A stretch of DNA of 64,000 nucleotides from Paraspadella gotoi (taxonomy: Eukaryota > Animalia > Chaetognatha). The stretch covers positions 17,301,070 to 17,365,069 of the forward strand of contig CM119270.1 of assembly GCA_051294375.1 (NCBI GenBank). The letters run 5' to 3'. Positions 45,011 through 57,500 of this stretch are shown piece by piece. Position 1 is the stretch's first letter, and every line of letters begins with the position of its first letter. The notes under the pieces were generated by a model, which saw only the letters and a list, made by a program, of their open reading frames with translations, made no database searches and was not told the origin of the DNA. A program made the translations under genes and the position numbers.

Positions 45011-45429
45011 CTGGGGAGAGAGAACGTTCAGACATGTAACGATGTTATATATACTTCGACCCATCATCTTTTATACTTTATGATACGTCAAAGTTAGAGA
45101 GAAAAAAAAATGTTTTGTTAGCAGACAAACATATATATTTCGACTTTTTTTGCGAGTCTTGTCTTGTTTGCTACCAACACAAAATTTGTTTTCTCCTTAA
45201 ATTTTAAAACGCAACGAAAAAAAAAGGTCTGAATGAAATGACGTAAAATTAAATCTACAGTAAGCCCTTCATAAGCCCTTCGATATTCTTAGAATAGAAT
45301 GTAGAAGATTTGACAACAAGATCGGTTCATTCAATGTATCGCGCCGCAGTGACTACATTACTAGGAAATTTATATATAACAAACGTCTTTATATTATATT
45401 TTTTATTTAAGACACGCACTGCATTGGAA

Positions 45430-45640
45430 TTCCGTTTTTTTATTCTTTAGAGTTTTAGGATTTCCTGAGGATTTGAGATTTTTTTTTCTGTCTTGACAAA
45501 TGAGCAAAAAACTATATACGAGTTATGAGCATTTTTAACGGAAGTTTGACAGACCGACGGACAGATATACCGATCGACCGTCCGACAGACCGACCGTCCG
45601 ACAGACCGACCCAAAAGTGACGCGCGGCGCAACTAAAAAC
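45430..45640 (-). mobile_element. DINE-1/HINE-like non-autonomous element fragment
   Basis: The minus strand starts 'tttttagttgcgccgcgcgtcac' (T-run plus short GC-rich segment), followed by a GTCY-type microsatellite (gtcggtctgtcggacggtcggtctgtc). This architecture resembles Helentron-associated elements. Confidence 0.4.
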
Positions 45641-45910
45641 TAAAAAATAAAAGTCAAGAACGGCCTCCAAAAGTTGTAAGATCATGCAGAAAGTTTTCAA
45701 GTCCGATTCGAGTTATTTCGTTCTTTTCCGCCAGAAACAAATTTACAAAAGACATTATAGATCAACGTATTATATAAAATAAGTAAATAATTCATCGCCA
45801 AAAAAAAACAAAACGTTCAGTCAAAAGAAGAAATAATCGAATGAAAAAATTATTCAGGGGACACAAAGGAAATTGGTTCGGCTCAGTTTATCAACAATCT
45901 CTTCTGAGCA

Positions 45911-46160
45911 CTATGGCTCTCTTTTCCCGGAACGCCCCATTTCTGTTCCTTTATCCTGAAATTTAATTTTAACTTTAATATTTAATAGAAAAATGTTCTT
46001 AAAGTTATAACAGTTATAACCCAATCCATGACCCTAATCCTAAACCCTAACCAAATCCTAAACCCTGAACACTGAACCCTTATTCCTAATTTTTAACTAA
46101 AAAAAATTAACCTAATTCAAAATTTAAGATGAAATGGGGAGTTTTGGAAATTCAAGGCCA
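45911..46160. mobile_element. Short copy of the CCCTAA-containing MITE-like family
   Basis: Left end 'ctatggctctcttttcccggaacgccccatttc' closely matches the reverse complement of 14222-14254. Right end 'gaaatggggagttttggaaattcaaggcca'. Internal accctaa repeats at 46030-46085. Confidence 0.6.
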
Positions 46161-46333
46161 ACTCATTCAATCCACACGATTGTTTGTCCGATCATCCTTT
46201 CGGTCCGTCCGTCCGTACGTCCTTCTAATTTTTTTAAATGATTCCAATTTTAACACCTTGAGTTAACAATCATTGCTAATCTTTTTCCTTCTCTTCTCTC
46301 TCTCTTCTCTCTCTCTCTCTTCTTCTTCTCTCT

Positions 46334-46368
<35 letters not shown>

Positions 46369-46500
46369 TCTGCTCTCTCATGTCTCTCTTCTGCTCACTC
46401 CTCACTCTACTCTCCTCTCTCTCGTGTGCCATGCTGACGATACTAAACCTTACAGTACACCTAATTTTTCTCTTTCCCGTGCTCTTTGACTTTTACCAGA

Positions 46501-47750
46501 ATGATTTCCCAAACGCGATGGATTCGTAAACTCGGCGCGATCGTCGCCACTTCATTCATTGCATTTTACGTCATCAATGAGACTTTGCGATTCCCGCCGG
46601 AAAAGTCGAGAAGAAAAGGGGACACGATCAAAAATGCGGATCAAAACGTCGAACTCTTTCCTTCAACTCTTCCGAAAACGAAAGAATCGCAAACTACGAA
46701 ATCGAATTATCACAAAGTCATCCTTTTGTGGACTCGGTTCTTTTTTCGTGCCGACTATCATTTTGGCTACGGATCGAAACCATTCGTGCAAAATAATTGC
46801 GAGGAGAAAAGATGCGAGATGACGAAAGATCGGGATCGATTAAAAGGACTCGGACGTCGTCGTCTTTCACGCGGTCAACATAAGAAACAAGACGGGCGCG
46901 TTGTCACTCGTTAAAGATTTCGACTTTCCACCTTTCAAGCGGAAAGGACAAAAATGGGTGTTTCTCAATCTCGAACCACCGCCGCTCATTTCCGATTTTA
47001 AAATCATCCTGGCCACTTGACACTAACGTCTTTGACCAATTTTCAATTGGACAATGACGTATCGACTCGACAGGATATTCCGATTCCTCACGGATTCACG
47101 CGAAGAAAAAAAGAGTAACATTGAGCGAAAAGACAATCGACTACGCGGTCAATAGACCAAGCTCGTTGCTTGGTTCGTTAGCAATTGCGACCCACCAAGC
47201 AAACGTGAAAGGTATGTGGAACAACTTCGGCGTCACATCCCTGTCGACATTTTCGGAAAATGTGGAGATAAAAAATGCTCGAAAGAAAGAGATTGGGATT
47301 GCGACGCGGATGTTGACTCGGGATTACAAGTTCTTTCTCGGCCTTTGAATTCTCTTTGTCGTGGATTACATTTCCTTCAAACTGTGGAGGAAGCTGGCGT
47401 GGACGACCGCCAGTGCCGGTGAGTGTTAGGAGGGGCGGACTATGCTCGCTCAGAGCGCCTCCACGGATCCTACGGTTGACGCGCCTAAAGTTTCATCCAA
47501 ATGAATTGGCTCATTACTTGAAGAACATGGATGACAACACTGTTACAATAGGATTTCACGAACTGGAGAAGGATCCACGAAGTTAGATCGAGTTTGTGAG
47601 AGAAGGTTCTGTCGACTCTGCGATTATTTACAAAAAAAAAAGACCAAGGGGCACGATGGTATGAAAAGCTTAGTGATTTTTGTGTCTTAATGAGAGAGAT
47701 TGTTATCCTCAGCTGATGACATGGCTTAAAAATTTGAGAGAAAGTTTAAA
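46501..47750 (+). CDS. Alpha-(1,3)-fucosyltransferase, glycosyltransferase family 10 (FucTC-like), intronless, with several frameshifts; 3' end approximate
   Basis: Type II N-terminus MISQTRWIRKLGAIVATSFIAFYVI, then KVILLWTRFF...FGYGSKPFVQNNCEEKRCEMTKDR, DSDVVVFH, QKWVFLNLEPP, FNWTMTYRLD, KLVAWFVSNC, RERYVEQLRRHIPVDIFGKCG, a YKFFL-x-F-x-NSLC-x-DYI GT10 motif, GGADY, ELAHYLK and FCRLCDYL, pieced together across frames. Confidence 0.9.
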
Positions 47751-48267
47751 AAAAACTCTAATTAATTCTGCAATTTTATTTTTCAATGTGTTTCTGATAT
47801 AATGTAAATTTATATGTACATAAATTTTAGTAAACCTTGCTACAAAATTCTCTCAAATATTTTTGTCTATTTTGAAATTTTTGTTGATATATTTAACAAT
47901 CAACTACAACTTTGCCTCTGGCAAATGATACATGGTGTGAAATTTTAAGATGTGTTAAATGAGAATTTGATTCAGATAAGTTGCGGTTTTTAAATTTTGA
48001 GATGCATATATCAAATTTGTTTAAAAGCCGATGGTTTTTAAGAAAACAATATTTGTACTGACAGATGTAAAAAAAAAATTTTAATCAACTTAATTATACT
48101 TATGCATTATATTCTGACGAGAAAGATAAAATTATACAAAAAAAATAGTCATCACTATCGAATTCTTCAGACCTTATTCCAGTAAAATAATTATGAATGG
48201 AATTTAATGTCTTATATTTAGTTATCTATGAACGCTCTAACCTCTAACGTTCAATATCACACGTATT

Positions 48268-48743
48268 CTTTCATTCATTCATTCATTCATTCATTCATTC
48301 ATTCATTCATTCATTCATTTTTTATTCATTCATTCATTAATTTATTCATTCATATATCCATTCATTCATTCTCCCATTCATTTATTCATTCATTTATTTA
48401 TTTATTCATTAATTCATTCATTCATATATCCATTCATTCACCCATTCATTAATTAATTAATTAATTAAATAATTAAATAATTCATTCATTTATTCATTCA
48501 TTCATTTATTTATTCATTCATTCATTCATTCATTAATTTATTCATTCATATATCCATTCATTCATTCTCCCATTCATTTATTCATTCATTCATTTATTTA
48601 TTCATTCATTAATTCATTAATTCATTAATTCATTCATTCATTCATTCATTCATTCATTCATTCATTCATTCATTCATTAATTCATATATCCATTCATTCA
48701 ACCATTCATTCATTCATTCATTCATCCATTCATTCATCCATTC
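48268..48743. repeat. (TTCA)n microsatellite array
   Basis: Visible array. Confidence 0.95.
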
Positions 48744-50539
48744 NNNNNNNNNNNNNNNNNNNNNNNNNNNNNNNNNNNNNNNNNNNNNNNNNNNNNNNNN
48801 NNNNNNNNNNNNNNNNNNNNNNNNNNNNNNNNNNNNNNNNNNNNNNNNNNNNNNNNNNNNNNNNNNNNNNNNNNNNNNNNNNNNNNNNNNNNNNNNNNNN
48901 NNNNNNNNNNNNNNNNNNNNNNNNNNNNNNNNNNNNNNNNNNNNNNNNNNNNNNNNNNNNNNNNNNNNGGTGGTTGAGGGGATGGTGGAAAGCTGGTTGA
49001 GGGGATGGTGGAAAGGTGGTTGAGGCACGTGAGGTGTATAAAATGTTTTGTATTTTCTACTCCAAACGGAGACGAACGTTTTGTGGTAGGGCATTGCCGA
49101 AATTCACCCCGTCTATAAAAATAACCTGGTTGCTCATTGAGTAATTCCATCAGCACATGACCATTAGGTACCGGGATCGATCCCGCTAGACGAGGGACTT
49201 GAGACCTTTGCATCAGACCGGTTGATTTGTCTCGTCTCTAAAACTTACATTGGTATACAATTTGAAAACTTGCTGCTAAAAAAAGAAAAAATTGTCGCCG
49301 CTGTATAATCTGTATTATTGCAATGAGCTGAGCAATATGAGCAAATCATTAATGATTTAGTACGGCTCAGTCATTTTAATTTGTCCCCCCTCCTTTCAAT
49401 TTTTCCTATCTCCATCCCTTTTCCTCTCTCCATATCACCATTCTCTTTCCTCTCATCATCCCTCTCTCCATCCCTTGCCTTCTGCCTTTCCCCATCCCCA
49501 TCCTTGGCTGCCATGCTTTTTTTTATCTCTCTTTTCCAGCACCCGCCTTATTGCTCGTGAAAGCGTCTCGTGGGAGGAGAAGCCGGCGGCTGGGGGACGG
49601 ACAGAATCATGGCCGTGGGCAGACGTGAGTGCTGCTGCTCTCTCTCTCTCGTCATCTCTCGTCCCGCTGCTCTACTCTTCGTTCTCTCTCTCTCTCCTCT
49701 CATCTCTTCTCTCTACCCGAGGATGCATCCTCTCTCTCTCTCTCCATCCGTTCTCTCTCTCTCTCTCTCTCTCTCTCAAACTATCGCAAAAAACTGGGCG
49801 AAAGCATCTGCACAATAGCAAGACCTCTTTTCCAATATTTAATCTTTCGTCGCTCGTTTCGTACGGTCGTCGTCCGCTGTTCGTTAGTGTTTTCCGGATC
49901 TGTGGTCTTGAAGATATATTTATGGCCTCCGGATCAGGTATTCCATTCTCGTGCGCGTTTGCTATAGATCCTTTGTTCATCATATCATCATTCAAATTAT
50001 ACTCTCGAATCTACAGTCTAAAAATTATCACTCATTTTAATATACTCCTTCATGCATAGAATCTTCTAAAAACATCAAACAGCAGAGACAAGTCGCAAAC
50101 ACTTCAAACGCGAGAGTTTACGCTTCATACTCTCGTATCTGTCGCAACGCTCTACCGTAGCGGCTCCTTCTTTTCACAACCTATACTTTCTCATCCTCCT
50201 CTGCCCCCTAGTCTCCCAAGACCCACCTAGGTTCCCATCTCCAACCGACGCTTCCCTCTCTCCCCCACTCTCCCTCTCTTCCCACCCCCTCCGGAAGCTC
50301 CACTCAACCCTTTCTTCAAGACTGGCATACCCTCCGAACCCTGACGATTCTCACTATTCGGTGAGACCATTTTTTTTACTCGACTATACTCCCGCCTTCC
50401 ACACCAGATTTAGGCCACTGATTTTTCTTCCGTTGGCCCAGTTGTTACGGCCAAAAATTCGCGGCCGTGTAGCTAGCCAAGCTCCCTCCAGTGGGTTTCG
50501 AGGAAGCGGCGCCTCCCCAAGCCTCCGTCGGCCCCAGTC

Positions 50540-50725
50540 AGACATTACGCAGTCGAGCGGCGCGGTTCCCGGTTCGTTTCTCCAGCCCGCCGCCGCGATG
50601 CAATCCGGTCACGCCGGAGATTCACATGCGTCGCCTCTCTGCGCAACCGATGCTGACTGCGCAGCGGGTGGGCTCCCTGCACGACATTCAGGGCCGGTTT
50701 ACGACGCCCACGACATATACCCGCG
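50540..50725 (-). other. Probable error-degraded N-terminal catalytic exon of the serine protease (His57 region)
   Basis: The minus strand has 'cagggagcccacccgctgcgcagtcagcatcggttg', which reads QGAHPWQVSIRL after a few indel corrections, and 'accgcgccgctcgactgcgta', which reads about TAAHCV. The motifs are in the correct order within a noisy region. Confidence 0.35.
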
Positions 50726-53371
50726 AGCAAGCAGCGATCAAGCAAGGCTAAGCAGGAGCTTCGGTCGGTGTACGAGACGTGACTGAGGCGTTGTGCGGAG
50801 TCGGCGATTCCCAAGCGACTTACTACGAAAACCAAAACACGAAAGAGAGTCTCACACCTTAACGTTCATGTGCTGATGCAGAATTAACTCCAATGAGCAA
50901 ACTCAGGTTATATAGATATTTTTATAGATGGTACGGATAGATTTCTGCTCGGGCCCAAAAGATATATTTACAATGCGAGGACCTAACTTCAACAATAACT
51001 GATCGGTCTCCGCATTATTGGAAAATTAGTTAGAAAACTCAGCATCAAAACCATTTTCGCTACGCACCATACGCACATTTTACGACTCACCACAACGTAT
51101 GATAATGACCCCATCCCTCACACCATCCTCTTCGCTATCCCGCTCTCTCCACTCTCAGCTCGCTATTTGAACTCCACGCGCACCCTTACCGCACCGCAAC
51201 CCCCCCAAAAAAAGGTCTCCTCCCACTCTCCCTCAAAGATACATTTCGTAATCACTGCTCGGTAGAGCGTTCTGACTTTCTCGTTTGCAGTTGAACAAAA
51301 AACTGAATATCGGCACTCACGGGCGCTCTTCATCTCTGAGCGCAAGTAACTTTGGATGTTATATTTCTTTTCTGTACTCTGTTATAGTTTGTTGTTGACC
51401 GTGATATCTAAAAGAGAGGTACAATCTGCTTCCGGAAATCTTTGCCGAAATTTACAATGTTAGAAGTTCATGGAGTTTAAGTGAGTATTTGTGTGATTAA
51501 TATTTTTAACTTTTGGTCGTACTATGGACGCGCTGATGATTATTATTTTACATAAATGGAATTGTCGCCCGAAACAATTGCGTTTTCATTGAATGAAATG
51601 ACTAACATGAATGACATGAATGATATATCATTAATTGATGCCGATATATGCGATTGTTTTAATCTTCTGAACGAATTAATTAATGACATTGTAAAAAATG
51701 AATCACACATAGGGCCACTCGAGGCCCCTCCAACGCTATGTAAATGGATGCTTGTAATAATTTTCTTCGGTGAATCGATATGCTATTAGCAGCATATTCT
51801 TCGCTCAGATTTAAAAACAAAACAGAATCGAAACTGAACTAGCCGGTTCATATTTGATCATACAATAAAAGGTAATTTGCCTATTTTGTGTGTTTTTTTT
51901 TAAATTAAAACTTTTGGCGCAAACTTTCAAAATTCTTTTCTCGATGACTTCATGAATTCGACCCGCCGCCTTTCCTCGCCGACTTTCTCGGCTCCCCTCG
52001 CATATCCGAATCATCACGTTATCATCGCAGATAATAGGAGTTACTGCGACGCCCCATGGAGAACTCTAGTTATTGCGAAATAAACTGCAGTATGGTGTTA
52101 GTTGAGATATCCGCTACTGCTTTATTCGCGCGTACACAGCGAACATAGTACATTCTTCTTACCATGCAGAATAAATGACCTATGACATCACTGATATTGA
52201 ACCTGTACGCCATTGACATGCGTTTCACGTATGAATATGACTCCAAACTTCATGAGGGCGAGATGTTAGCGCTAATGAATATGTAGCCCGCATCGATCTT
52301 TCCATGATGTACGCCATGACTCCCCTCTGATCGACACCTGTATCATGGACCTTTGCAATGATGGTTCGAGATGAATGAAGATAGTGTCTTCATGAATTTG
52401 AATGAATGAATGAGGTAGCTGACGTAATCATGAATTGCAGGAGTTCCAATTGCTCCGACCGGAATGAATATCATTGTCCGTTGTCCGGCGGTGCCTAAGA
52501 CGGAATCACCGTCCTCTCTCTGATTATTATTCGCCTGTTAGAGAGCTCGTTTGTAGAGCGAGTCTCTACTCGGTGGATAACTAAAATCTTATAAGATCAC
52601 ATTAAATTCCATTCCATTAATTGATATTTTGACTGCGTGACTAGAGGTCTGAAGACTCTCGGTATAGTGATGACTATGTTTTGATTTTCGTGTAGTTATA
52701 ATTTTATTTATCATTAGCGTCGTCCCAGAAATACTCAAGCATAAGCTTTATTAATTAAGTGCATTAACATCGTTTTACAGACCAGTACTTGGATATATTA
52801 TGCTCTCCGCAACAAACTCTCTGTAAAAGCCACACACCCTTAACTGAATCAAGTTTGCTATTTCTCATTTAAACAATGGAAAAAACAAACTAAAAAAAGA
52901 TATTTCACACCATGTATTCATTTTGCCAGAAGCGGGCAAAGTTTGTCTCTGGCTTTTTTATGATTTTTCGAGGAGTTATTTTTTACGAAAGTGCTATTTT
53001 GTTTATTCTTATCTAAGAAAATATTGAATTTATTAAGTAACCTAAGGGCCCCATAGAGGACATACGAGAATATTATAAGAAAACTATCTACGAAATCACA
53101 TATTGAGTTTTAAAAAACGAAAGTAGGTAATGTAATTAAACAAAATCAAGAAGATAGAGATAGAGTAATGTGAGCCCAAGATTTACTAAAATTTATTGTT
53201 AACATATAAAATTACTATATTGATGTTTGTAATTATATANNNNNNNNNNNNNNNNNNNNNNNNNAAAAATCGTCAAAGACTAAAAGGGCACGAGTCTCCA
53301 GCCAACTAAAATCAGAAATGAGTAGAGAGTTTCAAGTCTAAAGTCTCAAAGTCTCAAGTCGAAAGTCTCAA

Positions 53372-53493
53372 ACCCACGAAAAGGTTCATCTTGGCCAAAA
53401 ACCAAAGATCGATCCGTCAGCGAAGTCAGCGACAAAAACATTCGGTCAATCGCGTCCGTGTTATTCTTTCGGCGGCCGCGAGCGACGCGAAGC
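53372..53493 (-). CDS. Candidate exon of unknown affiliation (possibly protease pro-region)
   Basis: ttttttacgccgccag|g LRVARGRRKNNTDAIDRMFLSLTSLTDRSLVFGQDEPF c|gtgggt; open frame between acceptor- and donor-like sites. Confidence 0.3.
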
Positions 53494-55989
53494 CTGGCGG
53501 CGTAAAAAAGAAAATAAATAAAGATTTTGAATAAATAATGAGGGAAAACAGCGCGAATTCTACGGACAGTAAAAGGGGNNNNNNNNNNNNNNNNNNNNNN
53601 NNNNNNNNNNNNNNNNNNNNNNNNNNNNNNNNNNNNNNNNNNNNNNNNNNNNNNNNNNNNNNNNNNNNNNNNNNNNNNNNNNNNNNNNNNNNNNNNNNNN
53701 NNNNNNNNNNNNNNNNNNNNNNNNNNNNNNNNNNNNNNNNNNNNNNNNNNNNNNNNNNNNNNNNNNNNNNNNNNNNNNNNNNNNNNNNNNNNNNNNNNNN
53801 NNNNNNNNNNNNNNNNNNNNNNNNNNNNNNNNNNNNNNNNNNNNNNNNNNNNNNNNNNNNNNNNNNNNNNNNNNNNNNNNNNTTTTTTTTTGCTTTAGAA
53901 ACACAGAACAGAATGAAGAGTATGTTAAACATAAAAAAAAACAGACGAATATTAACTAAACAATACTAAATGCTCGTAAATGTGATATGATGAGGCAAAA
54001 ACCATATGGGATAAGATGAGCTATTTCAAATGACCCTGTTGAAAACAAAGATAGGAAAGGAGAGAAGGAACGGAAAAGAGAAGAAAGTTCAGAGAGAAAA
54101 GAGGAGATACAATTTTTTGAAAGGGGAGAGAGAGGAGAGAGGAAAGAAGGGAAAAAGGGGAGAGTAAGTTGTGAAGAGGAGGAAAGAAAGAAGAGAAAGG
54201 AAAGAGAAGATAGGAAAGATGAGAAACAACTGTGAACCGAAGGAAATAAGTAGAAAAGAAAGATTAAAAAAAAATATATATATATAAGTGAGGAAAGGGA
54301 AGAAGGACGAGAGAGGAAAGATGAAGAAAAAAAATGTAAACATAAACAAAGAGGAGAAGAAAGAAGGAGTAGAGAGGAAGAGAAAGAAAGAAAAAAAAGA
54401 AAATATAAAAGGAATATAAAGAGAAAGAAAAAAAAAGGTATTGATTGCGTCTGCGGAGGCGAAGGATTAAAGTCGAGGACCGAGATAAATGGAAAGAGAT
54501 AAAAAGGGGAAAAGAGAGAAATGAAAAGACTGGAAACAGAGATGGAATTGGAATGAGAAATGAATGAAATGGAATGGTGGGTGGGTGGAAAATGAATAGA
54601 ATGGAATCTTGGGTGGGAAATGAATGGAATGGTGGGTGAGAAATGAAAGGAATGGAATAAAATGTGGAATGAGAAATGAATGGAATGGAATAGAATGGTA
54701 GGTGGGAAATGAATGAAATGAAATTTGGAATAAAAATAAGATGTAGTTGAACGTGGAATTCGAAATTAGTTTGGAAGGTGGAATGAGAAATAGATGAAAT
54801 GNNNNNNNNNNNNNNNNNNNNNNNNNNNNNNNNNNNNNNNNNNNNNNNNNNNNNNNNNNNNNNNNNNNNNNNNNNNNNNNNNNNNNNNNNNNNNNNNNNN
54901 NNNNNNNNNNNNNNNNNNNNNNNNNNNNNNNNNNNNNNNNNNNNNNNNNNNNNNNNNNNNNNNNNNNNNNNNNNNNNNNNNNNNNNNNNNNNNNNNNNNN
55001 NNNNNNNCACAAAAAGAAAGAAAGAAAAAAAGTGCAGAACCAAACAATCGAGGTGAGAAGTGAGTGTTGTCTGTGATTTAATTTGCAAAGGCCGGGAGGA
55101 GAGATAACGTGAGATTTAAACCATAATACGTTTGTTGTTGTTGTTGTTGTTGTTGTTGTTATTGTGTTTGTGATGCGATGTATGACCATCGGTGAAGTGA
55201 GGAAAAGGAGGAGGGTGAGGCTGGAGACTGGGGGGGTGGTAGAGAGTAGAGGTTAGAGGGGTAGAGGCGGATTAGAGGGGCTGTGGACTGGGAGATGGTA
55301 GAGGGGTAGGAGAGTGAGACTGGGAGGGCTTAGAGGGTAGAAAAGTTAGCAGGGGTAGAGGGGTTAGATGGGGTAGAGAGGTATGAGAGTCCCTTGGGCT
55401 AAAAAGATTAGAGAAAGTGGAGGCGGAGCATCGAGCGGCAAGTTTGCGTTTTGATAGTTGAACAGGGAAATTAATAACGATTAAGACAACAAAAGTAATT
55501 TATGACAGCTTAACATAAAAAATGTCAACCGCCGCACGATAATCTAACAGATTACACATAACAGAAGTAACAAAGAAGAAGAATGCGACGTACGACGACG
55601 AAAACAACGATAGACTCCTCCGTTTTTAGTTTGCCGAACATGGCTCTCCCTTGTTTTCCGCCGCAAAGAAGATGAGAGAGATGAGAGAGAGAGAGGAGAG
55701 AGAGAGATGGAGAGAGCAAGATTATTTTTTCGTGGTCTTTGTGTTGAGACGAACGTGATGTTTCTTTTTCCCTCTTGATCGCTATATATATTGAACGTGA
55801 GAGGCGAGTTGAGGGGATTTAGGGGTTAGGGGGGGAGGGGGTGCGGGTTGGGAAGGGTGGGACAGACAGTGGGGTGAGTTGAAGGGGGAAATGAGGAGGA
55901 TAATATAAAAAGGTTAATTAATTTGAAAAAAAACTAATCAATAGATTTTAAAAAATAAATAAATAATGGACTGATTTTATTTGCATTAA

Positions 55990-57428
55990 AATCTTAAATC
56001 TGAGAATTTTTTTGGGATTTTTTTTTGAGGTCTAAAATGGGATCTCTATTAATCTCTATTATTCATGCAAGGTTGAAAAAAAAATGTGTATCAAACTATT
56101 TTTAAGATATACGTTATTTAGTAGCTTTCTCCTTTTTCGTTTTTGGCTAACGTTTCCCGTGGTAGAACGAAAGGTTACTGGGCGCCAAGGAATGGAATGA
56201 AAGAAGATGGAATAAGGTGGATCGTGATATCGACTTAAAAGAAGAGATGAGAGAAAACAAAGGTTTTTTGTCCAAGATACTTTTTCCAGTTGCGAGGAAG
56301 AAGGAAGAGAAGAAGCCAAGATGCCAAGAGAAGAGGCCAACAGGTTGATTTCTTTTCGATAAGAGAGGTGAAAAGTGAAACCTTAGGTTATAGGAGAAAG
56401 CCACATGGAAGAGAATGGAAAGATAAGACCAGCGGAGAAAATGCTATGTGAAGTTGATATAAGAACGCGTTAGGATGATTATAATTGACATACAAATTAT
56501 GTAGATTATGCAGAGAAAAGGCAGGCAATAAACAATGTAACAAATAGTCAAAAAGGAGTTCGATGTTATTTTCTTGAAGGTAAGTGAAAGAGCAATGCCG
56601 TTCTCTCTCTCGTTTCACTGCTGTCGGAGCAACGAATTCCAAAAAACAAATTTCCCTTTATTTTTGATTGAAAGGCTTGAAATTTCTCATCTTTTTTTGC
56701 TCTTTACGTACTCAAAACAAAATCAATTATCAACAAATTTATACATAAAAATGAGTATATCTTGTCTTTAATTTTCTCTTTTCAAAATATTAAAATCTCT
56801 TCACATTTTCGTTTGGTGATTTTTTTTCTAGCGGCGGGTTTCAAATGGTCACGCTGTAGAATGAACAGTTAATTTTATATTGGTTGTCCCTGTATTGAAA
56901 TGAATAGTAACAACAATAATAATATAATATTAATATTAATATTAATAACAAGCGAAGTCTCAGAATCAATCTCAGTCTCAATTCACGAGGAAAATTCCGA
57001 ATTTAACAAATGGAAAAAAAGTCTTGACGATCGGTGAAAGGAAATACAAGACGATTGTTGATTCGGTGAAAAGACATTACTTTGTGACTCTGTGACTCTA
57101 CGACGATGGTGAAAGGGAGATCTTAATGGGGAGGGGGTTCGACTGGTCGCCTTCGATCGACCGGGTGTGAAAGGGGAAAGCGAGATTGATGGAGGCCATG
57201 ATGGTTTCTGGAAGCAAAGATGGCGAATCGAAGTTCCGCGCCAAAAAAAAAAGAACAGAAGAACACTCGGAGGGAGAAAAGTTGGGGGGAGAAATAAAAC
57301 GCCGGGAATGCAATAGATAGGAATCGAGAAGAAAAGATAAGAAAAGAAAAGAAAGAAAAGAAAAGAAAAACGAAAAAAGTAAAGAAGTATCCCGAAATGC
57401 GTGGGTGAGAAAAAGGGATAATGGAAAA

Positions 57429-57500
<72 letters not shown>

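Noticed and set aside
49200-53240. Possible foreign or viral insert (random-looking complex sequence)
   Set aside because: No long ORFs or hallmark motifs; more consistent with low-accuracy read fill.
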